From Fonticula alba ATCC 38817 (Eukaryota; Protista; Nucleariida), in NCBI GenBank assembly GCA_000388065.2, contig KB932221.1: DNA of 23,044 nucleotides; one strand, given 5' to 3'. The notes beneath the pieces were generated by a model that saw only the letters and a list, made by a program, of their open reading frames with translations, ran no database searches and had not been told where the DNA came from. The translations under genes and the position numbers were made by a program. Positions 22,020 to 23,044 of the stretch are shown here, one piece after another. Position 1 is the stretch's first letter, and each line of letters opens with the position of its first letter.

Positions 22020-22051
<32 letters not shown>
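22020..22051. repeat. Poly-G tract (32 G) downstream of paralog 2
   Basis: Read directly from the sequence. Confidence 0.95.
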
Positions 22052-22052
<1 letters not shown>

Positions 22053-22275
22053 GGGAGAATGCGTATATTTGTTGATTGCATCTGAATGCATGCAAGGAGA
22101 TGGGGGCACGGGGGAGAGAGGATTCCTAGAGCTTCTCCTTGGGTATGGCATCATCAAATGCATATCTGCCAGGCACAGGGGCAACAGGCAACGCATTGAG
22201 AGAAGAAGGAAGGGAGGAGGGCGGGGAAACGGAGAGAACCGTAGGAAGCCGGAAAACTGGAGGGACTCTTTCCTT

Positions 22276-23040
22276 TTAGTTGTTATCGGCGGGGGCAGGC
22301 TCGATGGGCTTGAGGTCGGTGGTCTTCTCGCTGTAGTCGTAGACGTGAGCAGGGACCTTGCAGTCGAACTTGGTGAAGGTCTTGTAGCCAACGGTGTCCT
22401 CCGGGCAGAAGACCGAGAAGGAGTAGGTGTTGTTGAGGAGAGCGCAAACGGAGTGAGGAGAGGCGTAGCGGTCCATGCCACACTCGTGAGCCTCCTCCAT
22501 GGCGGCAATGCACTTCTTGTTGTTGCACAGGGAGTCGAGAGAGACACCGGCGAAGCCGCCGGAGATGCAGTTCTTCTCGAGCTTGGCCTCAATCTTCTCG
22601 AGGGCCAGGTTATCGCAGCCCTTCTTGGGGAAGCTCTTGTTCCCGGCGTAGGTCTGGTAGCGAGTGTAGCAGTACTCCTCGTGGAGCTCGTACTCGGCGG
22701 CATCCGAGTCGGGCTCGTGCTTCTTGCACCAGTCGCGATGCTTGATGGCAATCTCCGAGCAGTCCTCGAAGGCCTTGGAGGTGTCGACCGGCTTGCCGTC
22801 GTACTTGTCGGCAGCCCAGACAATGCAACGACCAAGCTCAACAGCGATCTCAATGGCGTCATCATCACAGCGGTCGCGCTCATTCTCGATGATGTCGGCA
22901 AACTCGGCAAGGAGGTGCTGGCAGGGGCTCGGGGCCTTGTTGACCAGGATATCAATGTTGTTGCTGGCAGGAACGGCGTTGGCGGTGCCAACGGCGGCCA
23001 GAGCGGCGAAGAGAGCGACAAAGAGGGTAGCCTTGATCAT
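22276..23040 (-). CDS. Secreted 14-Cys protein, paralog 2 (254 aa), unknown family, intronless
   Basis: Kozak-like CACC-ATG; signal peptide MIKATLFVALFAALAAVGTANA; the same 14 Cys as paralog 1; strong C/G-ending codon bias. Confidence 0.95.
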   Translation of the reverse strand: MIKATLFVALFAALAAVGTANAVPASNNIDILVNKAPSPCQHLLAEFADIIENERDRCDDDAIEIAVELGRCIVWAADKYDGKPVDTSKAFEDCSEIAIKHRDWCKKHEPDSDAAEYELHEEYCYTRYQTYAGNKSFPKKGCDNLALEKIEAKLEKNCISGGFAGVSLDSLCNNKKCIAAMEEAHECGMDRYASPHSVCALLNNTYSFSVFCPEDTVGYKTFTKFDCKVPAHVYDYSEKTTDLKPIEPAPADNN

Positions 23041-23044
23041 GGTG

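Overview
Eukaryotic, GC-rich, intron-containing draft-assembly window with three N gaps and many poly-G/C and (CT)/(GA) tracts. The style recalls Fonticula alba from memory, but the organism cannot be verified here. Supported content: (1) the 5' part of a large minus-strand gene for a secreted or cell-surface protein (signal peptide, beta-rich region, furin-like Cys repeats, Ser-rich stalk), split by one 235-nt GT-AG intron and running off the left edge; (2) three identical 72-nt tRNA-Pro(CGG) genes on the + strand, all sharing an A52:C62 T-stem mismatch; (3) an exact ~91-bp direct repeat next to a gap; (4) two tandem, intronless minus-strand paralogs encoding secreted ~254-263 aa proteins with 14 conserved cysteines, which I cannot assign to any family I recognise; the first has a clear CCAAT/TATA/Inr promoter and an AATAAA signal. 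The ~15.5 kb between the first gene and the paralog pair has no convincing complete protein gene, only exon-like fragments. Most ORFs in the supplied track are GC-rich shadow ORFs. The best candidate for an undescribed system is the 14-Cys secreted paralog pair.
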